Positions 1 to 10,497 of a DNA stretch of 64,000 nt are shown one piece after another; position 1 is the first letter of the stretch, and every line of letters begins with the position of its first letter. The position numbers and the translations under genes are program-made. Below the pieces are notes generated by a model that made no database searches, was not told where the DNA came from, and saw only the letters and a program-made list of their open reading frames with translations. Source of the DNA: Candidatus Aegiribacteria sp. MLS_C (GTDB lineage: Bacteria > Fermentibacterota > Fermentibacteria > Fermentibacterales > JCC-6); NCBI GenBank assembly GCA_002030045.1, contig LQBI01000034.1:41157-105156 (forward strand), given 5' to 3'.

Positions 1-204
1 ACCGAGGTGCTGGGGCTCTTCACCGAGAACCCGGCGGGGAGGGCGGGACTGGCGGGATCGAAGGGACGCATTCACCCGGGGTCTCACGCCGACCTGCTGG
101 TCTTCGACGATGAGTGGGAGCTTCGGAGGGTCTACGCCGGAGGTCGATTGATGGCATTGGACGGTACTCCGGTGGTGAGTGGAACCTTCGAGAGCACCGG
201 CTAG
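1..204 (+). CDS. Amidohydrolase-family protein, C-terminal fragment (NagA/dihydroorotase-like); 5' end outside window
   Basis: Frame open from base 1. Tail ...GSHADLLVFDDEWELRRVYAGGRL resembles C-termini of metal-dependent amidohydrolases. Confidence 0.5.
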   Translation, partial: TEVLGLFTENPAGRAGLAGSKGRIHPGSHADLLVFDDEWELRRVYAGGRLMALDGTPVVSGTFESTG

Positions 205-219
205 GCATGGACCCGTCCT

Positions 220-1533
220 TCAGCGCAGGAACTGAGGGTCACCCCAGTCCCACAGGCGGTCCGTGTGGAGATCGACGTCCGCAGGTTCGGCGTTCCATTC
301 CATTACGGCCCAGCTGTTGGCTCCGTAGATATTGATGACGAAGCTGACGGCAGCGAGAATGATGAACACCGAGGTGACCAGGGTTCTCTTCCTTCCCCGT
401 TCCCTGCGCATCCACTGTAGGGCCGGAACGAGGAAATAGACGAGTACAGGGAGCACATCTCCGAAGTACCTGGGCCCGAAGGCGTGACCGCCCCACCACT
501 GCTTGAAACTCGATATTATCACCCAGTGCAGAACGAGGACTCCGGTCAGAATCATGTCCAGAAGCTTCCTCTTCCGGATACCGGCCCGGATCCCCCAGAG
601 CGCGAACAGCAGGACCGGGCTGAAGACGAAGAGACCCCTTCCCGGGCTTATCAGCGTTCCAGGCAGCGAAACCAGCAGGTTGACACCGGAATCCAGCCTT
701 CCGGGAAGGTAGTAGGGAGATACAGGGAAGCCGTAGACCGAAAGGTTGAAGGCGACGAAGGGCAGGGCTACAGGAAGGCTCCAGAGGAGGTACCTTATGA
801 ACTGTTTCCTGTACCTGATGAAGACGAAGATTGTCAGCAGCAGCACGGGAACGGCATTCGTCGGCCGGATGACGAAGGAGAAGGCCAGCGGAAGGGAGCA
901 GCATGCGGCCAGTGACGGTCTCTTCTCGGCCTCGGTGAGGAGGTAAAGAGTCAGGGCCAGCATCAGCATCGAAGGCCCGTGGGGCCAGAGTCCCCTGCTT
1001 GCGGTGGAGACGGCGGGGGAACAGAGGGAGAAGATGAAGACCAGCGCCAGCGAAAGGGGAATGGATCCCGTCAGGCGAAGACCGATCAGGAGGATGAAGA
1101 CTGAGGCGAGTGCCACTATGAAGGACGCCGTTACGACTTCGATGCCCTTGTGGAAGGAAACGCTGTCCAGTTCGCCGATATCGTCAACGGTCATGGCCCG
1201 AAGGCGGGTCTCCAGTGACGGTATGGCGGGGACCACGTGCCGGAAGAGCAGTTCCCCTGCCCCGACGAATGGAAGGGCCATCAGTGACGGCCCCACAGGG
1301 AAAATAGTGTAATAATGCCCCTCGATCTCCAGGAGGTCTCGGTAGCCCTCGGCGGCCAGCTCACGGTCGTACTCGTCAAGGTCGGTGTTTCCCTCCAGGA
1401 GGATGCTCCTGGCGGTGTGGACCGACCATATGGAATCGAAGGACTGAACGTTCCGCCCGGCAACATTCACAAGGAAGGTTACAAGGAAGACCGAGACCGC
1501 CAGGAGAGGTCGTGAAGCTGTGGGAAACCTCAT
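220..1533 (-). CDS. Polytopic membrane protein, GT-C (ArnT/PMT-like) glycosyltransferase candidate
   Basis: 437-aa ORF with many hydrophobic helices and basic loops. 4-nt overlap with prs upstream. Confidence 0.6.
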   Translation of the reverse strand: MRFPTASRPLLAVSVFLVTFLVNVAGRNVQSFDSIWSVHTARSILLEGNTDLDEYDRELAAEGYRDLLEIEGHYYTIFPVGPSLMALPFVGAGELLFRHVVPAIPSLETRLRAMTVDDIGELDSVSFHKGIEVVTASFIVALASVFILLIGLRLTGSIPLSLALVFIFSLCSPAVSTASRGLWPHGPSMLMLALTLYLLTEAEKRPSLAACCSLPLAFSFVIRPTNAVPVLLLTIFVFIRYRKQFIRYLLWSLPVALPFVAFNLSVYGFPVSPYYLPGRLDSGVNLLVSLPGTLISPGRGLFVFSPVLLFALWGIRAGIRKRKLLDMILTGVLVLHWVIISSFKQWWGGHAFGPRYFGDVLPVLVYFLVPALQWMRRERGRKRTLVTSVFIILAAVSFVINIYGANSWAVMEWNAEPADVDLHTDRLWDWGDPQFLR

Positions 1534-2570
1534 TTTCCGAGGAAGAGCGAACTAAGGCTCTTTCCCTCGTGAGTGCGCTTGATGGCCTCCGCGAAGATCC
1601 TTGCGACCGAGAGGGTCTCGATCCTGGTCAGCGGACCTCCCGTCACCTTCTCGGCCTCGGCTGTATTGAACTCCACGGTATCGGTTACGAAAAGCCTCGT
1701 GATGGGACTGTCCTCTATCCTCTTCACAGCATTCCCCGACAGGATGCCGTGTGTGATGAAGGCGTATACGTCCTCTGCACCCCGCTCCCTTGCGATCTCC
1801 GCGCACTGGACGAGGCTCTTTCCCGAGAGGATCTCGTCGTCGTTCATTATCACGGTCCTGCCTGTGAGGTCGTCAACACCCTCGACCGTCCTTACATGGG
1901 GGGTCTCGCTGTCATCCACCCTGACCTTCTTGACATACCCGGTCTTGATGTCCGGCGACATGCCCCTGTCCTTCATGAAGCGGGCAACGTGCATGGCGAG
2001 GAAATCGTTGTTCATTATGCTGCCTGAATCGGGGGCCACGAACGCCAGCCGCTCCCTGCCGAGCGAGACTATTCGGTCGAGGAATACCTCGTCGGCGTGG
2101 AGCTGGTCGACGGGTATGTTGCTGAAACCCTGGCTCTGGGGGCAGTGCAGGGTCATCGTAAGGACCCTGTCCGCCCTTACCGCCTCAAGCATGTCGAAGA
2201 TCATTTTCGCCGTTATCGCTATTCGGGGTTTGTCCTTCTTGTCGCTCCTGGCGTAGGGGAAGTACGGAGTGACGGCGGATATCCGGCCCGCACTGTCCTT
2301 GATGGCGTAGATCATCTGGAGGAGTTCCAGTATGTCCCCGGAGACGACCCCGTATGCGGTGTCCCGGTCCTGTAAAAGGGACCTCTCCCCCGACTGTATG
2401 ACGAAGACGTCCTTCTCCCTGACCGACTCCCCTACGAAATTCACCATGAGGTTGCCGTTGGTGAACCTTACGAATTCCACCGGTTCCGGCTCGATACCGA
2501 GTATCTCGCAGATGCGCAGGCCAAGCGGCTGACTGGCCCTGCCGCAGCAGATGGCTATCTTGCCGTACAT
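1530..2570 (-). CDS. prs: Ribose-phosphate pyrophosphokinase
   Basis: MYGKIAICCG..., LHCPQSQGFSNIPVD and VIMNDDEILSGKSL match PRPP synthetase signatures. Start moved to the ATG at 2570. Confidence 0.9.
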   Translation of the reverse strand: MYGKIAICCGRASQPLGLRICEILGIEPEPVEFVRFTNGNLMVNFVGESVREKDVFVIQSGERSLLQDRDTAYGVVSGDILELLQMIYAIKDSAGRISAVTPYFPYARSDKKDKPRIAITAKMIFDMLEAVRADRVLTMTLHCPQSQGFSNIPVDQLHADEVFLDRIVSLGRERLAFVAPDSGSIMNNDFLAMHVARFMKDRGMSPDIKTGYVKKVRVDDSETPHVRTVEGVDDLTGRTVIMNDDEILSGKSLVQCAEIARERGAEDVYAFITHGILSGNAVKRIEDSPITRLFVTDTVEFNTAEAEKVTGGPLTRIETLSVARIFAEAIKRTHEGKSLSSLFLGK

Positions 2571-2592
2571 CAATACCCCCCGTATAGCGGTT

Positions 2593-3054
2593 TCAGAAAG
2601 CTTCCAGAGTCTCCCAGTACTCGTCCACAGTGCCCAGAAGGACATTCAGCATCACGGCGAAGGATTCGAACCCCAGCCCGTTCTCGGTGGTGAATGTGTA
2701 CATCGCCGAGACCTCTCCCGTTTCGGAGTCAGCCGCGAACTTGACCCACGTGTTGTCCCAGTTGAGCTGGGCCAGGGTCTCCAGAGCGGCAGTCCTCTCC
2801 GCTCCCGCCTCGGGAACCACCCCGGGGGTGAGCGCCACCATCAGGCAGCCCTCCATCTCCGGGTCAACAAGAATGAACATGTAAGGGACCTGAACGGTAT
2901 CCTGGGACGTGGCAAGCAGCACGAACTCGTTGTCCGACCTCTCGTAGACAAGGTCTTCGCCTATCTGGTCGAGATATCCTGCGATGGTGTCTCCGCTTAT
3001 CTCGGCCACCGAAACCGTTACCGTAAGGAGCAATAACGCTGTAGCGTACTTCAA
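2593..3054 (-). CDS. Secreted YbjN-like (T3SS-chaperone-fold) hypothetical protein
   Basis: A TTG at 3054 preceded by GGAGG gives the signal peptide [17 protein letters not shown]. The C-terminal half resembles the YbjN family. Function uncertain. Confidence 0.45.
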   Translation of the reverse strand: MKYATALLLLTVTVSVAEISGDTIAGYLDQIGEDLVYERSDNEFVLLATSQDTVQVPYMFILVDPEMEGCLMVALTPGVVPEAGAERTAALETLAQLNWDNTWVKFAADSETGEVSAMYTFTTENGLGFESFAVMLNVLLGTVDEYWETLEAF

Positions 3055-3219
3055 ATTCAACCTCCATTTCGGGATTATGCATGGCGCTGTGAGTACCATT
3101 ATATTATGCCAATTGTGAGGGCTTGCGGAAAGACCCCGGGTCCGTACCGGAACGTACGACGACCAGATATCGCGCCCTTGTCAGGCGGGATCGGTGTACC
3201 TGAGCGACCGGAGGGTTCA

Positions 3220-3621
3220 ATGGAACGCAGGATCAGAGTTCTAATTGGCAAACCCGGACTGGACGGCCATGACCGCGGGGCAAAGTACATTGCCCGCGCC
3301 CTGCGGGATGCTGGAATGGAAGTAGTATACACAGGCATCAGACAGACCCCCGACGCCATCGCCAGCGCGGCCGTGCAGGAAGACGTCGATTTCGTGGGCC
3401 TGTCGCTCCTCTCCGGTGCCCACAACCACCTGTTCCCCGAAGTGGCCCGTCTCCTTCGGGAAAAGGGCGGGGATGACATCGTCCTCTTCGGAGGAGGCGT
3501 CATTCCGGAGGAGGACATCCCCGGACTGAAGGAGGCCGGCTTCAGGGCCATCTTCGCTCCCGGGACGTCGGCCACTGAGGTAGTTGACTTCATCAACAGG
3601 GAGATGCAGGACCGCGTCTAG
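3220..3621 (+). CDS. Methylmalonyl-CoA mutase, small B12-binding subunit/domain
   Basis: [34 protein letters not shown] carries the DxHxxG cobalamin-binding signature. Start set at MERRIRV. Confidence 0.85.
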   Translation: MERRIRVLIGKPGLDGHDRGAKYIARALRDAGMEVVYTGIRQTPDAIASAAVQEDVDFVGLSLLSGAHNHLFPEVARLLREKGGDDIVLFGGGVIPEEDIPGLKEAGFRAIFAPGTSATEVVDFINREMQDRV

Positions 3622-4612
3622 CGTCGGTCGCACCTTGGAACCGGAGACGGATTTGTTCCCACGCGATACAGGCCTGCTGGTCGGGAAGGTCCTTCAGGGA
3701 GAGACGAGGACCCTGGCAAGGGTCCTGTCCATGGTGGAGAACGGGGATCCCCTTTCCGAGAGCATCATGCACGACATCTACGATCCGGCGAGGAGAAGCC
3801 TGACCGTAGGAGTGACAGGTCCTCCAGGCGCGGGCAAGAGCACTCTGACCTGCCGCCTGATAGGTTACTGGCGAGGCTCGGGCAGGAAGGTCGGCGTGAT
3901 CGCCGTGGATCCCTCGTCGCCGTTCTCGGGAGGGGCGCTGCTCGGGGACAGGGTTAGGATGCAGGAACACGCATCGGATCCCGGGGTCTTCATAAGGAGC
4001 ATGGGAAGCAGAGGGCACCTGGGAGGACTGGCGGGCTCGACGAGGGACGCACTGGAACTGCTGGCTGCGGCGGGATACGATCCGGTGATAGTCGAGACGG
4101 TGGGGGTTGGTCAGGCCGAGGTAGAGGTGGCCTCCCTTGCTGACATAACGCTGCTGGTACTGGTACCCGGAATGGGTGACGAGGTCCAGACCATGAAGGC
4201 AGGAATCATGGAGATCGGCGACATCATTGTCCTCAACAAGGCTGACAGGCAGGGGATAGACCAGCTTGAATCGTCGGTCATGGCCAGCCTGGAGCTTCTG
4301 CCGGAGGGTTCGCACAGGCCCCCCGTGGTCAGATGTTCATCCTTGACGGGCGACGGTATCGAGGAACTGACCGGGGAGATGGACGGGCTCCTGTCAGGAA
4401 TCCTGGACAGGGACAGTCTGGTCCGAAGGAGGACCACCCTCATCCTGGAGAGCATACTCAGGGAGAAGGGGCGTCACATGGCCGCCCGGGTCGTGGAGGC
4501 CAGGTTCGGCAGCATTGAGAGGGCCGTTGATCTCATTCTGGATGGGAAGACCACTCCTTACGGAATAGGCGTTCTACTTTCGGAGGAACATGCATCGAAG
4601 GCGGGAGACTGA
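3584..4612 (+). CDS. meaB: Methylmalonyl-CoA mutase-associated GTPase (MeaB/ArgK)
   Basis: P-loop [20 protein letters not shown] and NKAD motifs. Start uncertain; an in-frame TTG at 3635 is an alternative. Confidence 0.85.
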   Translation: MTSSTGRCRTASSVGRTLEPETDLFPRDTGLLVGKVLQGETRTLARVLSMVENGDPLSESIMHDIYDPARRSLTVGVTGPPGAGKSTLTCRLIGYWRGSGRKVGVIAVDPSSPFSGGALLGDRVRMQEHASDPGVFIRSMGSRGHLGGLAGSTRDALELLAAAGYDPVIVETVGVGQAEVEVASLADITLLVLVPGMGDEVQTMKAGIMEIGDIIVLNKADRQGIDQLESSVMASLELLPEGSHRPPVVRCSSLTGDGIEELTGEMDGLLSGILDRDSLVRRRTTLILESILREKGRHMAARVVEARFGSIERAVDLILDGKTTPYGIGVLLSEEHASKAGD

Positions 4613-4613
4613 C

Positions 4614-5036
4614 ATGGGAGTCACGGGGATCGATCACGTAGGAATAGCTGTGGAAAGCCTGAACGAGGCCATTCCCTTCTACAGGGACCGCCTCGGACTG
4701 GAATACATCGGGACCGAGGAGGTGCCGGACCAGAAGGTCAGGGTAGCGATGTTCGCAGCGGGCGAATCCAGGATCGAACTGCTGGAACCCACGTCGCCGG
4801 ACAGCCCCATAGCCGCGGCCCTGGAGAAGAGAGGACCCGGTATCCACCACATCGCCTACTCGGTGGACGACGTGAGGTCAAAGGTGGGTTCCCTCGTCGG
4901 CATGGGGGTGCGAATGATCGACAGGGAGCCCAGGGAAGGCGCCGGAGGGGCCATGATAGCATTCATCCATCCCTCGGACAGCGGCAGGGTCCTGACGGAA
5001 CTATGTCAGCACACTCACTCGGATAAGGACAGCTGA
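4614..5036 (+). CDS. mce: Methylmalonyl-CoA epimerase (VOC fold)
   Basis: [16 protein letters not shown]...[16 protein letters not shown] lies 1 nt after the meaB stop. Confidence 0.85.
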   Translation: MGVTGIDHVGIAVESLNEAIPFYRDRLGLEYIGTEEVPDQKVRVAMFAAGESRIELLEPTSPDSPIAAALEKRGPGIHHIAYSVDDVRSKVGSLVGMGVRMIDREPREGAGGAMIAFIHPSDSGRVLTELCQHTHSDKDS

Positions 5037-5038
5037 AT

Positions 5039-6589
5039 ATGAGTTCTCTGGAAAAGGCAGACAGGCTGCGGGCGCTTCGGGCGGAAGCCTTCGCCGGAGG
5101 CGGCGAGGACAAGATCAGGAAGCAGCACGAGAAGGGCAAGCTCACGGCCCGGGAAAGGATCGACCTTCTTCTTGACGACGAGAGCTTCGAGGAGTTCGAC
5201 ATGCTGGTCACCCACCGGTCCACCAGTTTCGGGCTGGACAAACAGAGAATACCCGGTGACGGAGTGGTGACCGGTTACGGAACGATAGACGGCAGGCAGG
5301 TATACGTCTTCTCCCACGACTTTACCGTCCTGGGCGGAAGCCTGTCGGAGACCTTCGCCGAGAAGATACTCAAGATAATGGACATGGCGGCGATGAACGG
5401 AGCCCCGCTGATCGGGCTCAACGACTCGGGTGGAGCCAGGATACAGGAAGGGATAGAGAGCCTTGCCGGATACGGCAAGATATTTCTGAAGAACGTGCTC
5501 TACTCAGGGGTCATACCGCAGATATCAGCCATACTGGGACCCTGCGCAGGCGGCGCTGTATACAGTCCCGCCATCACCGACTTCACCATAATGGTCAAGG
5601 ACACAAGCTACATGTTCGTCACAGGTCCCACAGTTGTGAAGGCGGTCACCGGCGAGAACGTGACCAAGGAACAGCTGGGCGGACCGGCGATCCACAGCAA
5701 GCGAAGCGGTGTATGCAGCCTGGTGTGCGACGACGAGGAGGAGGCCATCCTCCTCATCCGGAAGCTGATCAGCTACATTCCCCAGAACAACATGGAGGAC
5801 CCCATCAGGGTCCCATGCTTGGACCCTCCCGACAGGAAGGAACTCTGGCTTGACGAGTTCGTACCGGACAATCCCAACAAGCCATACGAGATGCGCAGGG
5901 TGATCGAGGCGATTACAGACAACGGCGAATACCTCGAGATACAGCGCTCCTACGCTCCGAACATCATAGTGGCCTTCGCAAGGATGAACGGAAGGTCCGT
6001 CGGCCTGGTGGCAAACCAGCCCTCATATCTGGCCGGGGTGCTCGACAACGACGCTTCCATCAAGGCCGCCAGATTCGTCAGGTTCTGCGACGCCTTCAAC
6101 ATCCCTGTTGTAACCCTGGTGGACGTACCCGGTTTCATGCCCGGGACCGCGCAGGAGTACGCGGGAATAATAAGGAACGGCGCCAAGCTCCTCTTCGCCT
6201 ACGCCGAAGCAACGGTACCGAAGATCACCGTCATCATCCGCAAGGCCTACGGAGGGGCCTACGACGTCATGAGCTCCAAGCACATCAGGGCGGACATCAA
6301 CTACGCCTGGCCCACGGCGGAGATCGCGGTCATGGGACCCGACGGCGCTGTGGAGATAATCTTCAGGAGGGACATCGACGAGGCGAAGGACCCGGACGGG
6401 AGGAAGAGGGAGCTGGTGGAGCAGTACAGGGAAAGGTTCGCCAACCCCTACGATGCCGCCTCCCGCGGTTACCTGGACGACGTCATCATTCCCTCCAACA
6501 CCAGGTTCAGGGTGATAAAGGCCCTGGAGATGCTGGCCGGCAAACGCCAGGTCATCCCTCCCAAGAAGCACGGGAACATACCGTTATGA
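5039..6589 (+). CDS. mmdA: Methylmalonyl-CoA decarboxylase alpha subunit / carboxyltransferase
   Basis: 516 aa with acyl-CoA carboxyltransferase architecture (...GGARIQEG..., ...[11 protein letters not shown]...). Sits in an operon with OadG/BCCP/OadB-type genes. Confidence 0.85.
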   Translation: MSSLEKADRLRALRAEAFAGGGEDKIRKQHEKGKLTARERIDLLLDDESFEEFDMLVTHRSTSFGLDKQRIPGDGVVTGYGTIDGRQVYVFSHDFTVLGGSLSETFAEKILKIMDMAAMNGAPLIGLNDSGGARIQEGIESLAGYGKIFLKNVLYSGVIPQISAILGPCAGGAVYSPAITDFTIMVKDTSYMFVTGPTVVKAVTGENVTKEQLGGPAIHSKRSGVCSLVCDDEEEAILLIRKLISYIPQNNMEDPIRVPCLDPPDRKELWLDEFVPDNPNKPYEMRRVIEAITDNGEYLEIQRSYAPNIIVAFARMNGRSVGLVANQPSYLAGVLDNDASIKAARFVRFCDAFNIPVVTLVDVPGFMPGTAQEYAGIIRNGAKLLFAYAEATVPKITVIIRKAYGGAYDVMSSKHIRADINYAWPTAEIAVMGPDGAVEIIFRRDIDEAKDPDGRKRELVEQYRERFANPYDAASRGYLDDVIIPSNTRFRVIKALEMLAGKRQVIPPKKHGNIPL

Positions 6590-6996
6590 CCGGGCTGGGG
6601 CTGGTCATGCTGTCCGTCAACGGATCCGGAGGCAGCGACGTCGTCAACGGCATCGGCATCGCGGTGGTGGGGATGCTGGCGGTCTTCTCCGGACTGGTTG
6701 TTCTCTCTTTCCTCCTTCCCCTGCTGGAGAACTGGGCGGAGAGGAGACCGGGGAAGTCCTCGGCTGAAGGACAGGGAAGGGATAAGGAAACCCCTGCCCT
6801 GACGCCTCTCAGCCCGGACGAGATCGCCGCTGTGAGTGCTGCAATACACGCACATTTCTGCCTTCTTGACCATATTGAGAGCATGAAACTTACCTGGGAG
6901 ACCTACGAGAAGCCCTACACTCCATGGAGACTTGCCGGCAGGGCCGAACTGCTGCAGGAGTGGGGATCACTTCAATACAGGATCAGGAGTCGCTGA
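6586..6996 (+). CDS. OadG-family small membrane subunit of Na+-decarboxylase (delta-like)
   Basis: ATGA overlap with mmdA. N-terminal TM segment [26 protein letters not shown] is typical of the OadG family. Confidence 0.6.
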   Translation: MTGLGLVMLSVNGSGGSDVVNGIGIAVVGMLAVFSGLVVLSFLLPLLENWAERRPGKSSAEGQGRDKETPALTPLSPDEIAAVSAAIHAHFCLLDHIESMKLTWETYEKPYTPWRLAGRAELLQEWGSLQYRIRSR

Positions 6997-6997
6997 A

Positions 6998-7438
6998 ATG
7001 CCTGAGTACAAGATCAAGGTCAACGGCAATACCTATACGGTTAACATCGGCAGGGTGACGGATGACTCTGTTGATGTGACCCTCGACGGCAGGACCTACA
7101 AGGTCGAGGTGGAGGCTCCCGCGAAGAAGGCCTCCAAGACCCCGGTCCTGAGCAGGAGACGGGAGGTCATCAACGCCGCCGACGGCCCGGTCCGGACATC
7201 CCCCCCCGGAGTTCCCGTCGACACCGGCGCAGTTGTGGCTCCCCTTCCCGGTGTGATTCTCAAGCTGATGGTCAAGGAGGGCGATGCGGTGACCGAGGGC
7301 CAGCCTGTGGCGATCATGGAAGCCATGAAGATGGAGAACGAGATCGAGGCACCGGTCTCCGGCAGGGTGGTACAGCTGATGGTCAAGGAGGGCGAGAACG
7401 TTCTCGAGAACGCGGTAATAATGAAAATCGGAGGCTGA
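6998..7438 (+). CDS. mmdC: Biotin carboxyl carrier subunit (gamma)
   Basis: Biotinyl-lysine motif EAMKMENEIEAP. Start at MPEYKIKV directly after the preceding stop. Confidence 0.8.
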   Translation: MPEYKIKVNGNTYTVNIGRVTDDSVDVTLDGRTYKVEVEAPAKKASKTPVLSRRREVINAADGPVRTSPPGVPVDTGAVVAPLPGVILKLMVKEGDAVTEGQPVAIMEAMKMENEIEAPVSGRVVQLMVKEGENVLENAVIMKIGG

Positions 7439-7441
7439 CGG

Positions 7442-8644
7442 ATGACCCTCTCCACCAGACTGGTGATCATGATGACCGGGGGCCTGCAGGCGGAGCGTCT
7501 GGACCTGCTGTCATACCTGGGAGACACCGGCTTCGGGCAGGTGCAGCCGGGCAACCTCATTATGATAGCGATCGGTCTCGTGATGATCTACATGGCCGTG
7601 AAGAAGGACTACGAACCCCTGCTCCTGGTCCCAATAGGATTCGGCATCATAGCCGGCAACATACCCTACAACCCGGATCTGATGCCCATAGGCTACCAGG
7701 ATGTCCTGGGCGGCCAGCAGTCGGTCTTCAGCCTCTTCTACATGGGAGTGAAGAGCGGTCTCTTCCCTCCCCTCATCTTCCTCGGAATAGGAGCGATGAC
7801 GGACTTCAGCGCGCTGCTCTCCAACCCCAAGCTCCTCCTCCTGGGAGCGGCCGCGCAGATAGGCATATTCCTGACGCTGCTGGGCTCCCTCCTGCTGGGG
7901 TTCGACCTTCAGGAAGCCGCCTCCATAGGCATAATCGGCGGAGCGGACGGCCCCACGGCAATATTCGTGGCCAGCCAGATGTCGCCGACCCTGCTTGGAG
8001 CCATAGCCATCGCGGCCTATTCCTACATGGGTCTGGTGCCGGTCATCCAGCCCCCCATAATGAGGCTGCTGACAACGAAGGAGGAGCGCAGGAGGAGGAT
8101 GAAGGCTGTCCGGACTGTATCCCAGACAGAGAAGATACTTTTTCCGATCGTGGCTTTCCTTGTCACTTCCTTCATCGCTCCCGGAGCGATAACCCTCCTT
8201 GGAATGCTGTTCTTCGGCAACCTCCTCAAGGAGTGCGGAGTTACGGACAGGCTTGCCAAGAGCGCACAGGGCGCCCTCAATAACATCGTGGTGATACTTC
8301 TGGGTTTTTCGGTGGGCACCAGTACCCAGGCCAGCTACTTCCTGACCATGGATTCCATCAAGATCTTCGTGCTGGGCGCCATCAGCTTCTCCATAGCCAC
8401 GGCCGGTGGAGTGCTGTTCGCCAAGTTCATGAACCTGTTCCTCAAGGGTGACAGGAAGATCAACCCCCTCATCGGCGCAGCCGGGGTGTCGGCAGTGCCC
8501 GATTCCGCCAGGGTTGCGGAGGTGGAGGGCAGGAAGTATGACAGGAACAACCATCTGCTGATGCATGCCATGGCCCCCAACGTTGCCGGCGTCATAGGCA
8601 GCGCCATAGCGGCAGGGGTTCTCCTGAGCATAATCCCTCACTAG
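7442..8644 (+). CDS. mmdB: Na+-translocating decarboxylase beta subunit (OadB/MmdB)
   Basis: 400-aa polytopic protein in operon context, with conserved ...IGGADGPTAIF... and ...GAAGVSAVP... regions. Confidence 0.85.
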   Translation: MTLSTRLVIMMTGGLQAERLDLLSYLGDTGFGQVQPGNLIMIAIGLVMIYMAVKKDYEPLLLVPIGFGIIAGNIPYNPDLMPIGYQDVLGGQQSVFSLFYMGVKSGLFPPLIFLGIGAMTDFSALLSNPKLLLLGAAAQIGIFLTLLGSLLLGFDLQEAASIGIIGGADGPTAIFVASQMSPTLLGAIAIAAYSYMGLVPVIQPPIMRLLTTKEERRRRMKAVRTVSQTEKILFPIVAFLVTSFIAPGAITLLGMLFFGNLLKECGVTDRLAKSAQGALNNIVVILLGFSVGTSTQASYFLTMDSIKIFVLGAISFSIATAGGVLFAKFMNLFLKGDRKINPLIGAAGVSAVPDSARVAEVEGRKYDRNNHLLMHAMAPNVAGVIGSAIAAGVLLSIIPH

Positions 8645-8656
8645 GAAGGGGATCGA

Positions 8657-9625
8657 ATGCCCGGTACCGGGGAATACGACTATCTTGTAACCGGAGGCGC
8701 AGGTTTCATCGGTTCCCACCTCTGCGAACTCCTGCTCTCCAGGGGGAACGGCGTGCTGGTGCTGGACGACCTCTCAACCGGCTCCCTGTCCAACCTTGAC
8801 GGGTGCTCGGGCAGGGAGGGTTTCAGGCTGGTGGTGGGATCGGTGCTGGACGAAGCGCTCACCAGGGGACTCGTCAACCAGAGCCGAAGGGTGATTCACC
8901 TGGCGGCGGCGGTGGGAGTGGAGAACATCATCCGCCAGCCGGTGGAGACCATCGAGACCAACGTGAGGGGGACCGAGACGGTCCTCATGGCAGCCCAGGC
9001 CACGGGAGTCCCGGTCTTCATAGCATCCACCTCGGAGATCTACGGCAAGAGCGAGAACGTCCCCTTCAGGGAGGACGGGGACATAGTCCTGGGAGCCACC
9101 GGAAGGAGCAGGTGGAGCTACGCATGCTCAAAGGCGGTGGACGAGTTCCTGGCCCTTGCCTACTGGAAGGACAAGGGGCTGCCGGTCGTCATAGGCAGGC
9201 TCTTCAATACTGTAGGACCGAGACAGTCGGGCAGGTACGGCATGGTCCTCCCGCGGTTCATGGAGCAGGCAAGGACGGGAAGGCCCCTGACAGTGTTCGG
9301 GGACGGCCGGCAGACGAGGTGCTTCAGTCTCGTTCACGAGATAGTCGATGCCATCGTATCCCTTTCGGAAAACCCGGAAGCGGTGGGCAGGGTGGTCAAC
9401 ATAGGCTCCACCAGGGAGATCGAGATACTGGAACTGGCCGAGAAGGTCAGGAGCATCTCGGGGTCCGATTCGGAGATAAGGCTGATACCATACGATGAGG
9501 CATACCCCGACGACTTCGAGGACATGCGCAGAAGGGTACCGGACGTGACTCTGCTCAGGGAACTCACCGGAAGGGTACCCGAGGCGGACGTGGACGCCAT
9601 AATCAGGGAGATCCTGGGAAGCTGA
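8657..9625 (+). CDS. NAD-dependent sugar-nucleotide epimerase/dehydratase (UDP-glucuronate decarboxylase-like)
   Basis: Rossmann motif VTGGAGFIGSHL and the YxxxK region YACSKAV. Confidence 0.8.
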   Translation: MPGTGEYDYLVTGGAGFIGSHLCELLLSRGNGVLVLDDLSTGSLSNLDGCSGREGFRLVVGSVLDEALTRGLVNQSRRVIHLAAAVGVENIIRQPVETIETNVRGTETVLMAAQATGVPVFIASTSEIYGKSENVPFREDGDIVLGATGRSRWSYACSKAVDEFLALAYWKDKGLPVVIGRLFNTVGPRQSGRYGMVLPRFMEQARTGRPLTVFGDGRQTRCFSLVHEIVDAIVSLSENPEAVGRVVNIGSTREIEILELAEKVRSISGSDSEIRLIPYDEAYPDDFEDMRRRVPDVTLLRELTGRVPEADVDAIIREILGS

Positions 9626-9657
9626 CCGGTCTCTTTCCGCTGTATAGTAGGTTTGCC

Positions 9658-10446
9658 ATGAACATAAGCGTCACGAGTCCCTCCAATTCCAGGTTGAAGG
9701 TATCAAGACAGCTGGATTCCAGGTCAGGCATAGTGAGGAACGGACTTTTCCTCATGGAGGGCCCCAGGTTCATATCCGACCTGCTGGTCTCGAGGGAGCC
9801 CGAATGGGTGATACTCTCCACGGATGCCCGCGGAGCTTCCCGTGAGACCGCAGCCAGGGTTTCCGGTATGGGGTGCGACGTGCTGGAGGTGCCGCCCGGC
9901 CTTTTCGCGGACATCTCCGACACGGATACATCACAGGGGATACTGGCGGTCTTCCCGCTGCCCGAGCCCGACTCAGTGAGCATTCCGGGAACGGGTCTGA
10001 TCCTTCTGCTGGACGGTGTGTCCGATCCCGGCAACACCGGGACCCTGATAAGGTCCGCAGCGGCCTTCGGTTGCAGCGGAGTGGTCACCGGCAGGGGCTG
10101 CTGCTTCCCTTACATTCCGAAGGTAACCAGGGCAGCAGCGGGACTGAACGCCAGGATACCGATCCTCTTCGACGCGGTACTCCCTTCCTTCATGCGAAGG
10201 CTCCGTCCCCGAACGGAGTTCATAGGGGCCGATCCCGCAGGCGATGAGGCGGCCGTTCTCAACCGGAGAAGGGAGAGCCTCGGACTGGTGATAGGATCCG
10301 AGGCGAGAGGCATTTCAACTGAGGTGGCGGAGCTGCTGGACCGCCGGGTTGCGATCCCGATGGCTCCGGGGGTGGAGTCGTTGAACGCCGCCGTCAGCGG
10401 TTCCATACTGCTCTACGAGGCGTGCAGGTCCCGCAGAACCGACTGA
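9658..10446 (+). CDS. TrmH/SpoU-family RNA 2'-O-methyltransferase
   Basis: LLDGVSDPGNTGTLIRSAAAFG and ESLNAAVSGSILLYE motifs. Confidence 0.8.
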   Translation: MNISVTSPSNSRLKVSRQLDSRSGIVRNGLFLMEGPRFISDLLVSREPEWVILSTDARGASRETAARVSGMGCDVLEVPPGLFADISDTDTSQGILAVFPLPEPDSVSIPGTGLILLLDGVSDPGNTGTLIRSAAAFGCSGVVTGRGCCFPYIPKVTRAAAGLNARIPILFDAVLPSFMRRLRPRTEFIGADPAGDEAAVLNRRRESLGLVIGSEARGISTEVAELLDRRVAIPMAPGVESLNAAVSGSILLYEACRSRRTD

Positions 10447-10497
10447 GCCCTGGAACATTCACGTCCGCTTCCAGCTAGATGCAAACTGTGGACCCCT

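Noticed and set aside
3100-3219. Cobalamin riboswitch upstream of the B12-binding mutase subunit
   Set aside because: No B12-box-like sequence or convincing multi-stem architecture was seen, and the region is only about 120 nt.
7511-8719. 402-aa antisense ORF opposite mmdB. Similar long ORFs occur at 20317-21270, 31065-32141, 31960-33450, 42155-43927, 51699-53048, 54560-55699 and 58883-60019.
   Set aside because: They have Arg/Gly/Pro-rich low-complexity translations typical of shadow frames in high-G+C DNA. Each overlaps a gene with strong family motifs on the other strand or frame.
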